This document shows positions 28,006 to 39,716 of a DNA stretch of 64,000 nt, piece by piece; position 1 is the stretch's first letter; every line of letters begins with the position of its first letter. The translations under genes were made by a program, and so were the position numbers. The stretch comes from Ruditapes philippinarum (taxonomy: Eukaryota): positions 310,001 through 374,000 of the forward strand of contig NW_026863541.1 in NCBI RefSeq assembly GCF_026571515.1. Direction: 5' to 3'. The notes below the pieces were generated by a model. That model saw only the letters and a list, made by a program, of their open reading frames with translations, made no database searches and had not been told where the DNA came from.

Positions 28006-28335
28006 TTAAAGCTGCATGCCTCCAGATGTGCCAAAACATTCAAAGAAAATCAACTTTGAGAAAAATTAACTTTAAGAAAAGTTAAAATATCCACTTTTCA
28101 AGTAAGGATTTACATTTAATATGCAATTAAAGACTTTTTTTGCAGTATTTAGCACCATATTTCTACTGCGTTACAGTTAAGGGCCATTTTTTTACCTTTT
28201 ATTTTTTTCTAATTTGAATTGAACGTTCCGTTTGCAATCGGTAAATTATTTTCTTTGTTCACTTGTCAATATATTTTTTAACACATTTTCAAAATGTTCA
28301 TGAAAATTAGCATGGACCTGGAGGCATGCTGCTTT
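28006..28335. mobile_element. TTAA-flanked non-autonomous DNA element family K1 (Kolobok-like termini)
   Basis: TTAA|AGCTGCATGCCTCCAGA ... CTGGAGGCATGCTGCTTT; homologues at 33077, 37472/39717, 47867 and a left-end remnant at ~7160. Confidence 0.8.
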
Positions 28336-29330
28336 GCACTATTATAGACTATATATCTTGCACACCCGTGCCAAACTATTGGTAGCTCTTTTTGAAATCT
28401 TTTCATTTTCTAACTGACTGATCGAAATTAAAAATAGAGTGATTTCATTACAGTTAAAGGCGATAAAGTAAAAGACATATTAATTATTGTTGTTATTATC
28501 GTTGTTGTTGGTATTGTTGTTGTTGTTGTTATTGATGATGAAAAAGATGGTAATGATGGTGCGGTGGTGGTGGGGGTAGGGGTACTAGTGATGAAGATGA
28601 CGATGGTAAGAAATAATTATCAATTTTTATTATGAATTATTATCAGAAAATTAAAATGATGATGATAATGACCAAAATGATTATCAAAAAGGTAATAACG
28701 ATCTTACACTTCATGGAGTAATTCTAATTTTGTTTTTATTACAGACTCTTTTTTACATAATCAGACCTATTCTCACGTATGCCAATTAGTCATTTATTAC
28801 TAACAGTCACACATATATGTATATTAGTATCATATTCAATTTGAAAATGAAAACATCGTGCGTGCCTTTCTGATGTATAAGGAAAAAACTGAACTTTTTA
28901 TTTAACTTTAAACAAGTAACAAATATTCGCATTCTCAAATTGCTAAATTAATACATTCTCATTTGTGAAAATTAATATCATACCTTAGTGTCAGTTCTGC
29001 GTCTTTGCTAACAGTTTTGACCAATCACAGAAAGGCTATGTGATGATTAGTACTTTCCCAAAACCGTTTTATTTCACGCGTCAAAGTCACGTATATCTAG
29101 CCAGCCGCTCATGGTGAAAATGAAATCTTAATGATATATTATGTCAACAGTTTAAGGTGGGAGAATGCTTAATTAAATTTCAATCACTTACGTAATACGT
29201 GACGTCAAATAACATGAGTCTTGGTTATTCTGTTGCAAAATGAAGTTTTGTCCACAAGATGCTTTCTCTGGTTTGATCAAGCAAACAAGCAATATGTGAA
29301 AAGCGCACAAACTGGCGTTATATATACGTT

Positions 29331-29760
29331 TATATTATTAGTTATAAAGATTGTTGACAGGTTATATGGCCCTATATAAACGGCTGTTTGTAAATATAAC
29401 CCGAGCCGCCAGGCGAGGGTTATATTGCAAACAGCCGTTTATATGCGGCCATATAACCTATCAACAATCTTTATAACGAATTTATAATACAGCAAACATC
29501 ATTTTTTAGAGAAAAAAGTAAGATTTCTTCATGAATCGACAACTGCCGTGTATATAAAACTATATAAACGTCACGATTATCCAATGAAAAATGACGTTAC
29601 AAACGTGCAGTATTATAATACACGTTATAAGGATTTTGTACAGGCTATATGGCCCAGTATATACCGATATAAGCTTATACGATCGAGCCGTTTGTTAACT
29701 CGATTTTCATTGGTTAATCATGACGTTTATATAATCTATAGATGCGGCTGCTGTAAAATT
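29331..29760. mobile_element. Hairpin-ended foldback element
   Basis: ~70-bp-arm palindrome 29331-29488 (loop GAGCCGCCAGGCGA), followed by a segment bounded by TTATAATACAGC/GCAGTATTATAA and a further inverted pair 29561-29590 vs ~29704-29733. Confidence 0.75.
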
Positions 29761-29931
29761 CTAAAATATTTTTTCTCTCTCTCTCTCCAAATAAAGGGAA
29801 TTCTGTATCACTCAAGACTTTATAAAGATTTTATGGCATGTAAAATGACCTAGTTTACATTGGTGTATTGTTTAAATATATTGAGACCATGAGTTTGTAC
29901 GACTCGCGGGGTCCAAAACGCTTACATTTCA

Positions 29932-30075
29932 GTGGCGGCATGGCCGAGTGGTTAACGCGGCTTCGTGGGTTCAAACCCCATCATGGGCAAGCCGTTGTTT
30001 CCGTGAGCAAGACACTTTACACTCATAGATATGTTCTGGTTGGTTCTAGGAACGTCCAGCACAATCTAAGATAAA
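29932..30075 (+). mobile_element. tRNA-derived SINE family A
   Basis: TGGCCGAGTGG (A box), GGTTCAAACCCC (B box), then GAGCAAGACACTTTACACTCA...TGGTTGGTTCTAGGAACG. Confidence 0.8.
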
Positions 30076-30305
30076 CTCGTATAACTAATATTCTTACAGA
30101 GGTTACATCGAAAGAAAGGAAGATAAATGTGTGGAGACAGATGGTGCTCTTCTGGGAACTGTACTATTTGATATGAAGTACACTTTTTTAAGCTTAAAAG
30201 CAATTATTTCTTTGTATATTATATCAATTTGAAAAAATTGTATTGCGTGTCAATACGTTCCAATATATTTACAATAATTATGATATTAACGCCAGAAACT
30301 TATCT

Positions 30306-30588
30306 NNNNNNNNNNNNNNNNNNNNNNNNNNNNNNNNNNNNNNNNNNNNNNNNNNNNNNNNNNNNNNNNNNNNNNNNNNNNNNNNNNNNNNNNNNNNNNN
30401 NNNNNNNNNNNNNNNNNNNNNNNNNNNNNNNNNNNNNNNNNNNNNNNNNNNNNNNNNNNNNNNNNNNNNNNNNNNNNNNNNNNNNNNNNNNNNNNNNNNN
30501 NNNNNNNNNNNNNNNNNNNNNNNNNNNNNNNNNNNNNNNNNNNNNNNNNNNNNNNNNNNNNNNNNNNNNNNNNNNNNNNNNNNNNNNN
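30306..30588. other. Assembly gap (283 N)
   Basis: N run. Confidence 1.
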
Positions 30589-31643
30589 GGATTTATATTA
30601 CAGAGTGAAAATTCGCGCGTTTTATTGACTTTTTCTGAACATATAAATTGTTTTTGTTTGTTTAATTTTGTAAAATGTTGGAATAATAAAATTCGGCGTT
30701 TTAAATTTAAATTTATTGTACTATATTTTGATGCTACTTTTAAACAAATATAAGTGCATTGATACAGATTTTGAAGAACACGACCCTGTTTCATTGCTGC
30801 TTTATATTATAATAAAATTAACTGCATGGAATTCGAGATCAAATAACTTCTAAAATGATTTTTATTCATGACTCAATCACGAATTCATCATTAGTTTCCA
30901 GGCCTCTTATATATTATGGACATGAAAAGAATTACAAATTTCCATTCACGTCTATGTATATCAAACGCTTAAAAGTCTCACGGCCTTTTAAAGAATTAAA
31001 ACAACAACAACAGTGTATTCAAAGAACCTATTACGCGACATTCCACCTAATATGCGGACATGTTAAGTGATCTGGAGTGTGTGAGAGTAGGAAAACTTGA
31101 CCTTATATCCCTGCAGCGGGGGAGTGTGTAATTTAACACGCTTTACCGCATGTGTCCTGTCACATAGCACCCTTCGTGCAGCGGATAAGGCGCGTTTTCA
31201 GTCAAAACAAAAATACAGCGGCTACTAAACGGCAGGAAAATTAAATCGAGAAAATCGGAAGCGCTCTTGATCCAATTAGAGTCATTCATACAATAGGCTT
31301 TTAAATTAAGAGTTGATGAATGACTTACACCCATTGTTTTCAAGCTGTATCAAAGAGATTTCTGAAGGTGAAGTAAGTGTAAAATACAAAAACTTCATAA
31401 ACAGCATGTTTAATTAATATATTTTAAAATAGACCCGCTACAAGAGGGATATACTAAAATAAACTGCTCATACTATGTTCTATTTAGTTTTCCTGTGCAA
31501 TATGGCAATTGACGTTAACATACCTTCAAATAATCTTTAGATACACTCTACTTTGTACAGTGATGCAAGCGTCGCATTTTTGGTAATTGCTGAGAATAAT
31601 GCTCCAGATTTTCACGTAGTGAACATTAAAAAAGGTAAATATA

Positions 31644-31986
31644 TTAAAGGCCCATTATGTCCCAGAAATGCTTTATTTTTTTATTTATCAAAAGCTTTTA
31701 GGTGTATCTTTATAGTATCAAAAGAATTTCATTGACAAATAACCTAAGCCAACATTTTTGTTGCTTTCTGGCAATAAGAACAATTATAGTGACTTAGTAT
31801 ATTGTATGGAAGTCAAATCTACTTTGTTTTAATATTTTGCTACTTTTGTGACAAATCATATCACATTTAGTGCTGTATTTTTTAAGATACAAGCTCAAAC
31901 ACGATTATTTAAATATTATAGATCTAATGTTTGCCCTCTCTAAGGAAGTAAAAAATTATTCGTTTTTGAGGCATGATGTGCCTGAA
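31644..31986. mobile_element. TTAA-flanked family K2 (TTAAAGGCCCAT...), old
   Basis: Aligns by eye with 48810-49137 and, inverted, with ~16930-17266 (CAAAAGCTTT, TATGGA.GTCAAA, TTGCTACTTTT.TGACAAAT). Confidence 0.65.
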
Positions 31987-32177
31987 AATAAACGGAAATT
32001 TTATGTCTCAGACGGCATTTTTAATCCACCTGAATTGTTAAAAAAGGCGAATTAGTCTTTACTTCTTTTTGTAATGGGGTATAGTTAAAGTGATGATAAA
32101 AATAGTAAATTTAGTCATATTATGCTAGTAGCACGTAACATTTTTATCAAGGATTAAATATATATATATGAAATAAA

Positions 32178-32215
32178 TGCTGCTGAAGAAGGCCGCAAGG
32201 CCGAAAGCTACGGCA
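32178..32215 (+). ncRNA. Candidate minimal type I hammerhead ribozyme (Penelope-like element type)
   Basis: UGCUG-CUGAAGA-A-GGCC-GCAA-GGCC-GAAA-GCUA-CGGCA: stem I, core, GNRA-capped stem II, palindromic AGCU in place of stem III. Confidence 0.65.
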
Positions 32216-32221
32216 AATTTA

Positions 32222-32378
32222 NNNNNNNNNNNNNNNNNNNNNNNNNNNNNNNNNNNNNNNNNNNNNNNNNNNNNNNNNNNNNNNNNNNNNNNNNNNNNNN
32301 NNNNNNNNNNNNNNNNNNNNNNNNNNNNNNNNNNNNNNNNNNNNNNNNNNNNNNNNNNNNNNNNNNNNNNNNNNNNNN
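32222..32378. other. Assembly gap (157 N)
   Basis: N run. Confidence 1.
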
Positions 32379-32383
32379 TTACG

Positions 32384-32918
32384 GGGCATCGGTCTATTTG
32401 AGACCATACTTTGTGGGGTGTATATTTAATGTGGGGCAATATATAAGGCCTCGCAACTCTGGGCATGTTTAAAACGATGTATGGGGGCGTAGGCTACCCT
32501 TCTAACATAGTGCCCGTAGGCCGGTTTTAGTAGTAAAATGATATATGTCCCACAAATGTATATATTTATTATGGGGTTTTTATGTTATTAGTCAATATGT
32601 TTTCACCTATGGTAAAATCAAATATATAGTTTATATATATAAAATTAGTACCCCTTAGTTCTGTTGTATGGAAATGTTCATTATAGGCCTATATAGTGGC
32701 ATATATAAAAACTGACTGCATGAAATAATGCCACTCAAATCGGTCTTATATATGGGCCCCGTAAGTGAAGATATGTGTGAATATATATATATTATACTAT
32801 GTTAGAAGGGTAGCCTACGCCCCATACATCGTTTTAAACATGCCAGAGTTGCGAGGCCTTATATATGCCCCACATTAAATATACACCCCACAAGTATGGT
32901 CTCAAATAGACCGATGCC
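32384..32918. repeat. ~125-bp inverted repeat around a ~280-bp spacer, bounded by two gaps
   Basis: 32384-32511 is the reverse complement of 32796-32918 except for single-base homopolymer differences. Confidence 0.9.
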
Positions 32919-33076
32919 NNNNNNNNNNNNNNNNNNNNNNNNNNNNNNNNNNNNNNNNNNNNNNNNNNNNNNNNNNNNNNNNNNNNNNNNNNNNNNNNNN
33001 NNNNNNNNNNNNNNNNNNNNNNNNNNNNNNNNNNNNNNNNNNNNNNNNNNNNNNNNNNNNNNNNNNNNNNNNNNNN
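32919..33076. other. Assembly gap (158 N)
   Basis: N run. Confidence 1.
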
Positions 33077-33512
33077 GCCAAATATTTCAAGAAAATCACT
33101 TTTGAGAAAAATATTCTGATATTATAAGCTAGGTAAGAATATTCACAATTCAAGAAATAATTTACATGTTATATCCAATTAATGACTGATTTTGCATATT
33201 TATCAACATATTTCTAATGCGTAACTAATACAGTAAAGGATTATTTTGGCATATATTTTGACCTATACATGTGTATTTCGGTAATTTTCGTATACTTTAA
33301 GTACCGTTTGTAATACGCATATCACTTTCTTTGTTCATTAGACAATATCCTACTTTTTAACACAGTAAGGACTATTTTAGCATATTCTGACCTATTTTTT
33401 TGGTAATTTTCGTATATTTTAAGTACCGTTTGTAATGTGTATATCACTTTCTTTGTTCACTGGACAATATCCTACTTTTTAATACAAATCAGCATGAATC
33501 TGGAGGCTTTAA
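33077..33512. mobile_element. Family K1 copy truncated by gap, with internal ~130-bp tandem duplication
   Basis: GCCAAATATTTCAAGAAAATCACTTTTGAG ... AGCATGAATCTGGAGG; 33229-33360 is repeated at 33361-33482. Confidence 0.7.
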
Positions 33513-34067
33513 GTTTCTAAGCATTTTCCAGCAGATGAAGCTTGGTCATCAGATGGTAATGCTTATGTAGATTTCTATAGCCCCTGTCAGTTGTTTTAAA
33601 AGCGACTTCTGCATTATTATCAAGTTTCACAGCAAAAACAGAAAATTATAAAAAAAGTTTTATAGAATTTGTAATCATAAAGAACCAAGAATTCCCGATT
33701 TTTAAAAATTGTTTTTCAAACTTACTTCTAAATCAGAATTCAATGCATAAGTTTGGTCTGTTTTTTTCTCCCTTTTTTTCTTAGCTATTTATTTTTCAGC
33801 ATTTTTTGTGTTCTTTGTATTTGCAGGTATTTAATACGTGTGTTTTATGACAATAATAAAATAAAAAAACGCGGTAGAAATTAGAAATTTAGTTTATATA
33901 AGAAATAACAAAAATGTTTTTTTAAAGTTTAACTTTTATATTCCGATAATTTTAAGAGTAATAATATGTAGTTTATAACAGCGTTTCTAAGTTACGAAAA
34001 TTTCTTAAAAACAATATATATACTACATACATGTATTACAATAATGAAACAAAGTAATTAAACGAAC

Positions 34068-34397
34068 TTAGTGTCCAACTTTATTTGTCATCCAATGAAA
34101 ACGTTGTATTTCTTAAAAATTCTGTGCGTTAATTTTCATAGAAGAACAAAAGTCGATACATGTACTATATCGAATTCCGTTCATAGTCGACTTCTATTTT
34201 AAATAGTACTTCATAGAACGGCACAGTGACGTAATAAAGTGAGTGATTATGAGGCCAAATAAAGTTTGACACTAAATATGTTAGTATTCATCCGTAGCTG
34301 TTCTACAGAAATTAGAAACATTCTCCTGTCGCTATCGCTCCCGTCAAAGTTTCTAATTTCTGTAGAACAGCACGGATGAACACTAACATATACATAG
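34068..34397. mobile_element. Hairpin-ended element copy 1 (flip)
   Basis: 20-bp inverted repeats TTAGTGTCCAACTTTATTTG / CAAATAAAGTTTGACACTAA bound a ~170-bp body, followed by a palindrome with ~45-bp arms. Confidence 0.85.
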
Positions 34398-34476
34398 AGA
34401 CATATTTTTTAAGAATGTTACAGAATAATCGGGCCAAATAATCGAAGTAATAGGTATGTCTTGATTGATTTATTCT

Positions 34477-34791
34477 TTAGTGTCCAGCTTTATTTGTCAT
34501 CCAATGAAAACGCTGTATTTCTTAAAAATTATGTGTGTTAATTTTCATAGAAGAAAAAAAGTCGATACTATATTGAAATCCGTTCATAGTCGCCTTCTAT
34601 TTTTCATAGTGCTTCATAGTACCGCGTATAGTGACGTAATCAAGGGCCAAATAAAGCTTGACACTAAGTATATGTTAGTGTTCATCCGTGCTGTTCTACA
34701 GAAATTAGAAACTTCGACGGGAGCGATAGCGACAGGAGAATGTTTCTAATTTTTGTAGAACAGCTACGGATGAACACTAACATATACTTAG
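34477..34791. mobile_element. Hairpin-ended element copy 2 (flop)
   Basis: Body is a direct repeat of copy 1; terminal palindrome is inverted relative to copy 1. Confidence 0.85.
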
Positions 34792-37750
34792 AGAACAAGT
34801 TCCAGCATTATACATTCCGGAACACTTAGATTTTCTAAAAATAGAAACAAAACCAAACGACACTGAAAAGCAGCAAGTTGGCGCGTTTCTCTGTAAGTTT
34901 CGAACACTTTAGTCCAGTAAGACCTCATCCAAGGTCTTAGCACGCATTCATCTAATAACTTCTCAGAGTATTCTTTTTCTATCTTTTTACTGACACGCTT
35001 TGCGTATACTGACAGACCCACTTGATTAATTAAACCGAGTCGAAACAATTACTGATAGATTCAATTGAAACAGAAAGGGTAATATTTTTCTATCAAAAAT
35101 TTAAAATATCTAATAGATAATGGCTCAATGCTTATACATGAATGTCCTTACAGTCCAAAAAACAGTAAAATAATACGAGGGCCGTGAATTCAGAGGAGAT
35201 AATTTGGTTACTTTAGAAACACTGAGCAAGATTGACGTTAAACATTTAATACTGAAAAGAGCTCGTTTGAGTATTCTCGTTCTAAAATAACATGACATAA
35301 CCGTGCATGAGTTTTCAATTTCATTTGTATTGGGTTTCAGCATAGTTTATATGAAAAATAATTTGTTCTGAATAAACTGCAAATAAAAGCATATTTAATA
35401 GCTTAAAATCGCGTAATAAATATCCGGGATAATAACAGCTTCTCAAATGTTAATAGTGGTGTATGATCGTACCGTTTTATAGGAAATTAATATTCTGGAA
35501 CATTTCTAGGAAGTAATAACATACCTCTAGCGAAGAGGCATAAAGTCGCTTATGCCATTGAACATCGTTAATTAGACAGCGCGTGTTCCGCAGATCAACA
35601 CACACGTGCATATATAATCAATTTCTCGTGCAACCTAGAAGCGACACACGTGCAATTTGTCAACATAGAAAAGTTAAGGGTTGATAAATGAGAAAAATCG
35701 TGTGGCCGGTAAAAGGATTTAATAAAAAGGCGGGAAATTTGAGAAAAGCAGACGATAAAATAGAACAGCGATATCAAATTAAACATCGGGACTACCTGCT
35801 TAAGCCATAAATCAAACTTGAAATTGTGGTTTTAGGTATTAAAAATAATGGTTCATTTTTTTCACTCTGCCGTATAAAAATCGAATTGTGATACCCGATA
35901 CTTGGTATAAATTTCGAGCCGTTTTACCTGACGAACCTTCCAATAAGATTTGAGTTCACTTCATATGATCTGTAGCAGTGAGTAAGTGAAAAATGATATA
36001 AATAAAGATATAGAAATACAATTTATTTCAAATCTATTGTAGTATATGCAGAAGACAGAAAAATGCAAGGAAAACGTACGAATTTCAATACCGGAAGTAG
36101 GACTGGATGCGCGAAAAGGGTCATGTACAAAAATGGCATGCAGGGTTATTACAGTCATGTTCAAACTAAGATGTAGGAAAATCAATAATTTAACAAATAT
36201 GACTAAGAATAAATAGTAGTTTATAATAACTGCATTTCCTTTTTTTCTCTAGACACTTCCGGTCAATTCGTTCTTTGATTATTTTTTTTTTTCAATTTGA
36301 AGACAGTGCGAAAGTTGCTATTCAGTTTATACATGTAACCGCAAAAGTGCTACAATTCGCCTCTGTGTCATTTAAATGCATTTCATAAAATCGGAGCGCG
36401 ACAAAAGTTTATTTTTTTATATTCATGAGTATTAAAAACATCATTATAATAACACTTCACCCATTCGTACAGAAAAGGATGTTAAAATAATTACAGTTTT
36501 TACACGCAGAAATGTGGTTTCCGGTAGTTAACATGAGCTTATTGACACCATACGTGCTGAGGTTTCCAGTAAAACATGCTAAGGTTTTATTCTATGGTTG
36601 CATTTGACAATTTAAGTAAAAGATTTAGGCATGATCTTATTTCCCAAGAAAACAATCGTATAACATCGGCACTTCCGGTAAACTTCGGTTAAGAGGTTTT
36701 GTACGTAGAACACGAATACACAAACAGAATTCACCAAGGTCATAAGGCAGTGTCCGCGAAAAACTTTGTTTGTGGCCGATTTAGAAAGGAAATTGACTGT
36801 TTATTACGGTTATTCTTTCTTACACTGCACAAAAGAAACGCATCTCTTTCACTTTTGCTACAATGGTGACACGTGAATGCCGCCATTTTACCATGTGACT
36901 GAAAGTAGTTCCAATATGTCGCCTTATTATCCCAGAGGTCAAATGCGAAGCATAATAGCCGAGGAGATCAGATTGGCAAAAAAATCTGGGAAAAAATCGC
37001 TATACGTTATAGTTAGTCATTTTAAGGCATCAGTCTCAGCTAGAAAGGAACAGATATATACAGTAGAAAGGGCGAATAATTTGATAATTTTAGAACCGTG
37101 AGATGCTTATGACCTGAAACAATTATCTGTAGAACTAGAAATCTGGGTTTCCTGTCCCTGTAACTACATTATCGCAGGGAACCAGACTATAAACCTAAAT
37201 TCTAAATAATGAGAGATACTTCGTACATCTTCCATGCGTTTCTATTAAACATATAAAACTATCTGGCTGGCGAATCACTCCCGGTTCCTGCAGGTTCTAA
37301 CTTAACTACAGGACATGTGTTGAGTTACTTTTGTAAGTACGCATGGACAGAAATGCAACGTGCATCAATGAACACGTATTTGACACCGGTAATATTTGAT
37401 TACATTGACAATGCATTATTTATTTTTGCTTTCAATTTGTTGATGATAGATATAAACTGTAATTAATTACATTAAAGCTGCATAACTTCAGATGAGCAAA
37501 AATATTTCCAAATAATCAAACTTTAGAAAAATGTAATAAGATTTTTAAGAAAAGTAAAAAGGCGCAAGATTCAAATTATAATTTAAAAATTATGTGCCAT
37601 TAATTACCATATTTCTAGTGGGTATCTAACGCAATGAGGACTGTTTTTGCGTATTTTGACCCCCTTTTTTGTAATTTACTTGGATTGTAAGTGCCGTTTG
37701 CAATCTGTAAATTACTTTCACAATATTTTACTTTTAAATGTATTTTAATT

Positions 37751-39716
37751 AACAAGAGCTGTCACAGGAGACAGCCAAGCTCGACTAATAAAATACTGGA
37801 CGCAGTAAGGAGGACAAAACTATGAAAGAAAAATCAATTACAGTAAATTCTCTCTATTAAGACCACTAACGGGTCTGACTCAAAGTGGTCTTAATAGTGA
37901 ACTGGTCTTAATAGTGAATAAGTCACTTTAACCGCTGACGAAGTCCAACTTAACTTAATGTATACCTTGTATAGTTTTATGCACATGGTAAATGTACTTA
38001 ATTAAATGAGTAAAAAGAAACACAGTTTTTTTAAACAAAAAGCATTTTTAATGCATGACAATAATTATGATACATCATTAATATGATGAAAATATTAATT
38101 TACGACTTCCCCTTTAGAAGAAAAATATGAGGTATTAATATAGTTATGCCTCTCATTATGATTTATACATTAATTACATATCGAAATAAAGCATGTAAAG
38201 CACACATGAACTGATAATTTGGTGTAATTAGCAATTTTTACCATACTTGCTATAAATTGTGATGCACAACAAACAATTTTACATGCTATTTACTTGTTTA
38301 TCACATCCTAATTACGCTGACAAATTAATCGTTTCTCGCACCATAGCTGCTTAGATTAATTAGCCAGAAGTGGTTTAAACTGGTCATGCTGACGCTTGAA
38401 TGCTAAAGATACATCGTAAAGCAAGCGTCTAATCAATTTGATATATATTAATGACCTCATTTGACCCGGTGTATTTGTTTACGCCAGAGGGAAGATTACG
38501 ACAATTAATTGGAGGGGGCAATTAACACCAAGTGATGTCTGGCCATTATGTTGCATGGTCGTAATACAGGTTAATGTTTTGATTTAAGAAATACACACAA
38601 ATGTCTGACAGAAGTGGTCGTTATGCCGGATTAGAGACGTGGTCGGTATTCTGGTCATTTTTCTCAATGAATAAAGAAGGCAAATATTTTGTACTTTTAA
38701 AAAGTGCCCGTAATAGCGGCGTGGTCCTATTTGTGGCGTGGTCGTTAGGTGGCATTTTACTGTATGTATAATAAGGTACATTGTATTAAGTTATAGTAAA
38801 AAAATAACATTTGTTAACATAAATTCCAAGATCAAGGGGAAATAATTCTAGAAATAGTCACGCTAGAGTTATGAACCTTGTCACACATGCGTGTTATGAT
38901 AAGAAATATATATTTGAAGTTTGAAGTAGATGCCTTAAAAAGTAAATAAGTTATAATATTTCTTAAAGAAAATCCTAAGTTCAAAGAGAGATAAATTTGT
39001 AAATATTGATTCAAGAGTTATGAATATTGTCACATAAAATGTAATTGATGATAAGAAATAAGTATTTGAAGTTTGAGGTAGATACCTTTAAAACTAAAAA
39101 AGTTATAGTAAAAAATAACATTTTTCTAGTAAATAAATCTAATTTGATGGGGAGATAATTCTTGCAATATTGGTGCTAGAGTTATGAACCTTGTCACATA
39201 AGATATGGATGATGATAAGGTACATATATATTTGAAAGTAGGAAGTTGATCCCTTTTAGAAATAAATAAGTTACAGTAAAAAATAATGTTTTTTAAGGAA
39301 AATTTCTAAGTTCAAGGGGAGATAAATCTGAAAATATTGGTGCTAGAGTTATGAACCTTGTCACATAAGATGGGGGTGATGATAAGGTACATATATTTGA
39401 AGTATGAGGCTGATCCCTTAAGAAATAAATAAGTTACAGTAAAAAATAGTATTTTTTAAGGAAAATTCTAAGTTCAAGGGGAGATAAATCTGAAAATATT
39501 GGTGCTAGAGTTATGAACCTTGTCACATAAGATGTGGTTGATGATAAGGAACATATATTTGAAGTTTGAAGTTGATACCTTAAGAAATGACAAAGTTATA
39601 GTGAAAAATATTTTACTGCACCAAAACTTTAATCTGAAATATGGACGCGGACGTGGACGCCGACGCCGGGGCGAGTAGGACAGCTCTCCATATACTTCGT
39701 ATAGTCGAGCTAAAAA
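37751..39716 (+). mobile_element. Pearl/HINE-type non-autonomous Helentron-like element with ~160-bp core repeats
   Basis: Starts AACAAGAGCTGTC...AGCTCGACTA; ~5 core repeats (GCTAGAGTTATGAACCTTGTCACA at ~38862, 39015, 39175, 39342, 39504); GGACGC microsatellite; ends GACAGCTC...TAGTCGAGCTAAAAA (subterminal inverted repeats); T|T insertion site. Confidence 0.85.
37841..38762. mobile_element. TA-flanked CAGT...ACTG MITE (Tc1/mariner/pogo-like) nested in the HINE
   Basis: TA|CAGTAAATTCTCTCTATTAAGACCAC ... GTGGTCGTTAGGTGGCATTTTACTG|TA, with GTGGTC subterminal repeats. Confidence 0.75.

Noticed and set aside
31108-31128. CTCF-like site CTGCAGCGGGGGAGTG
   Set aside because: Several mismatches at key positions; cannot be supported without scoring.
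30229-33153. Long ORFs containing X runs
   Set aside because: Artefacts of translating through N gaps.
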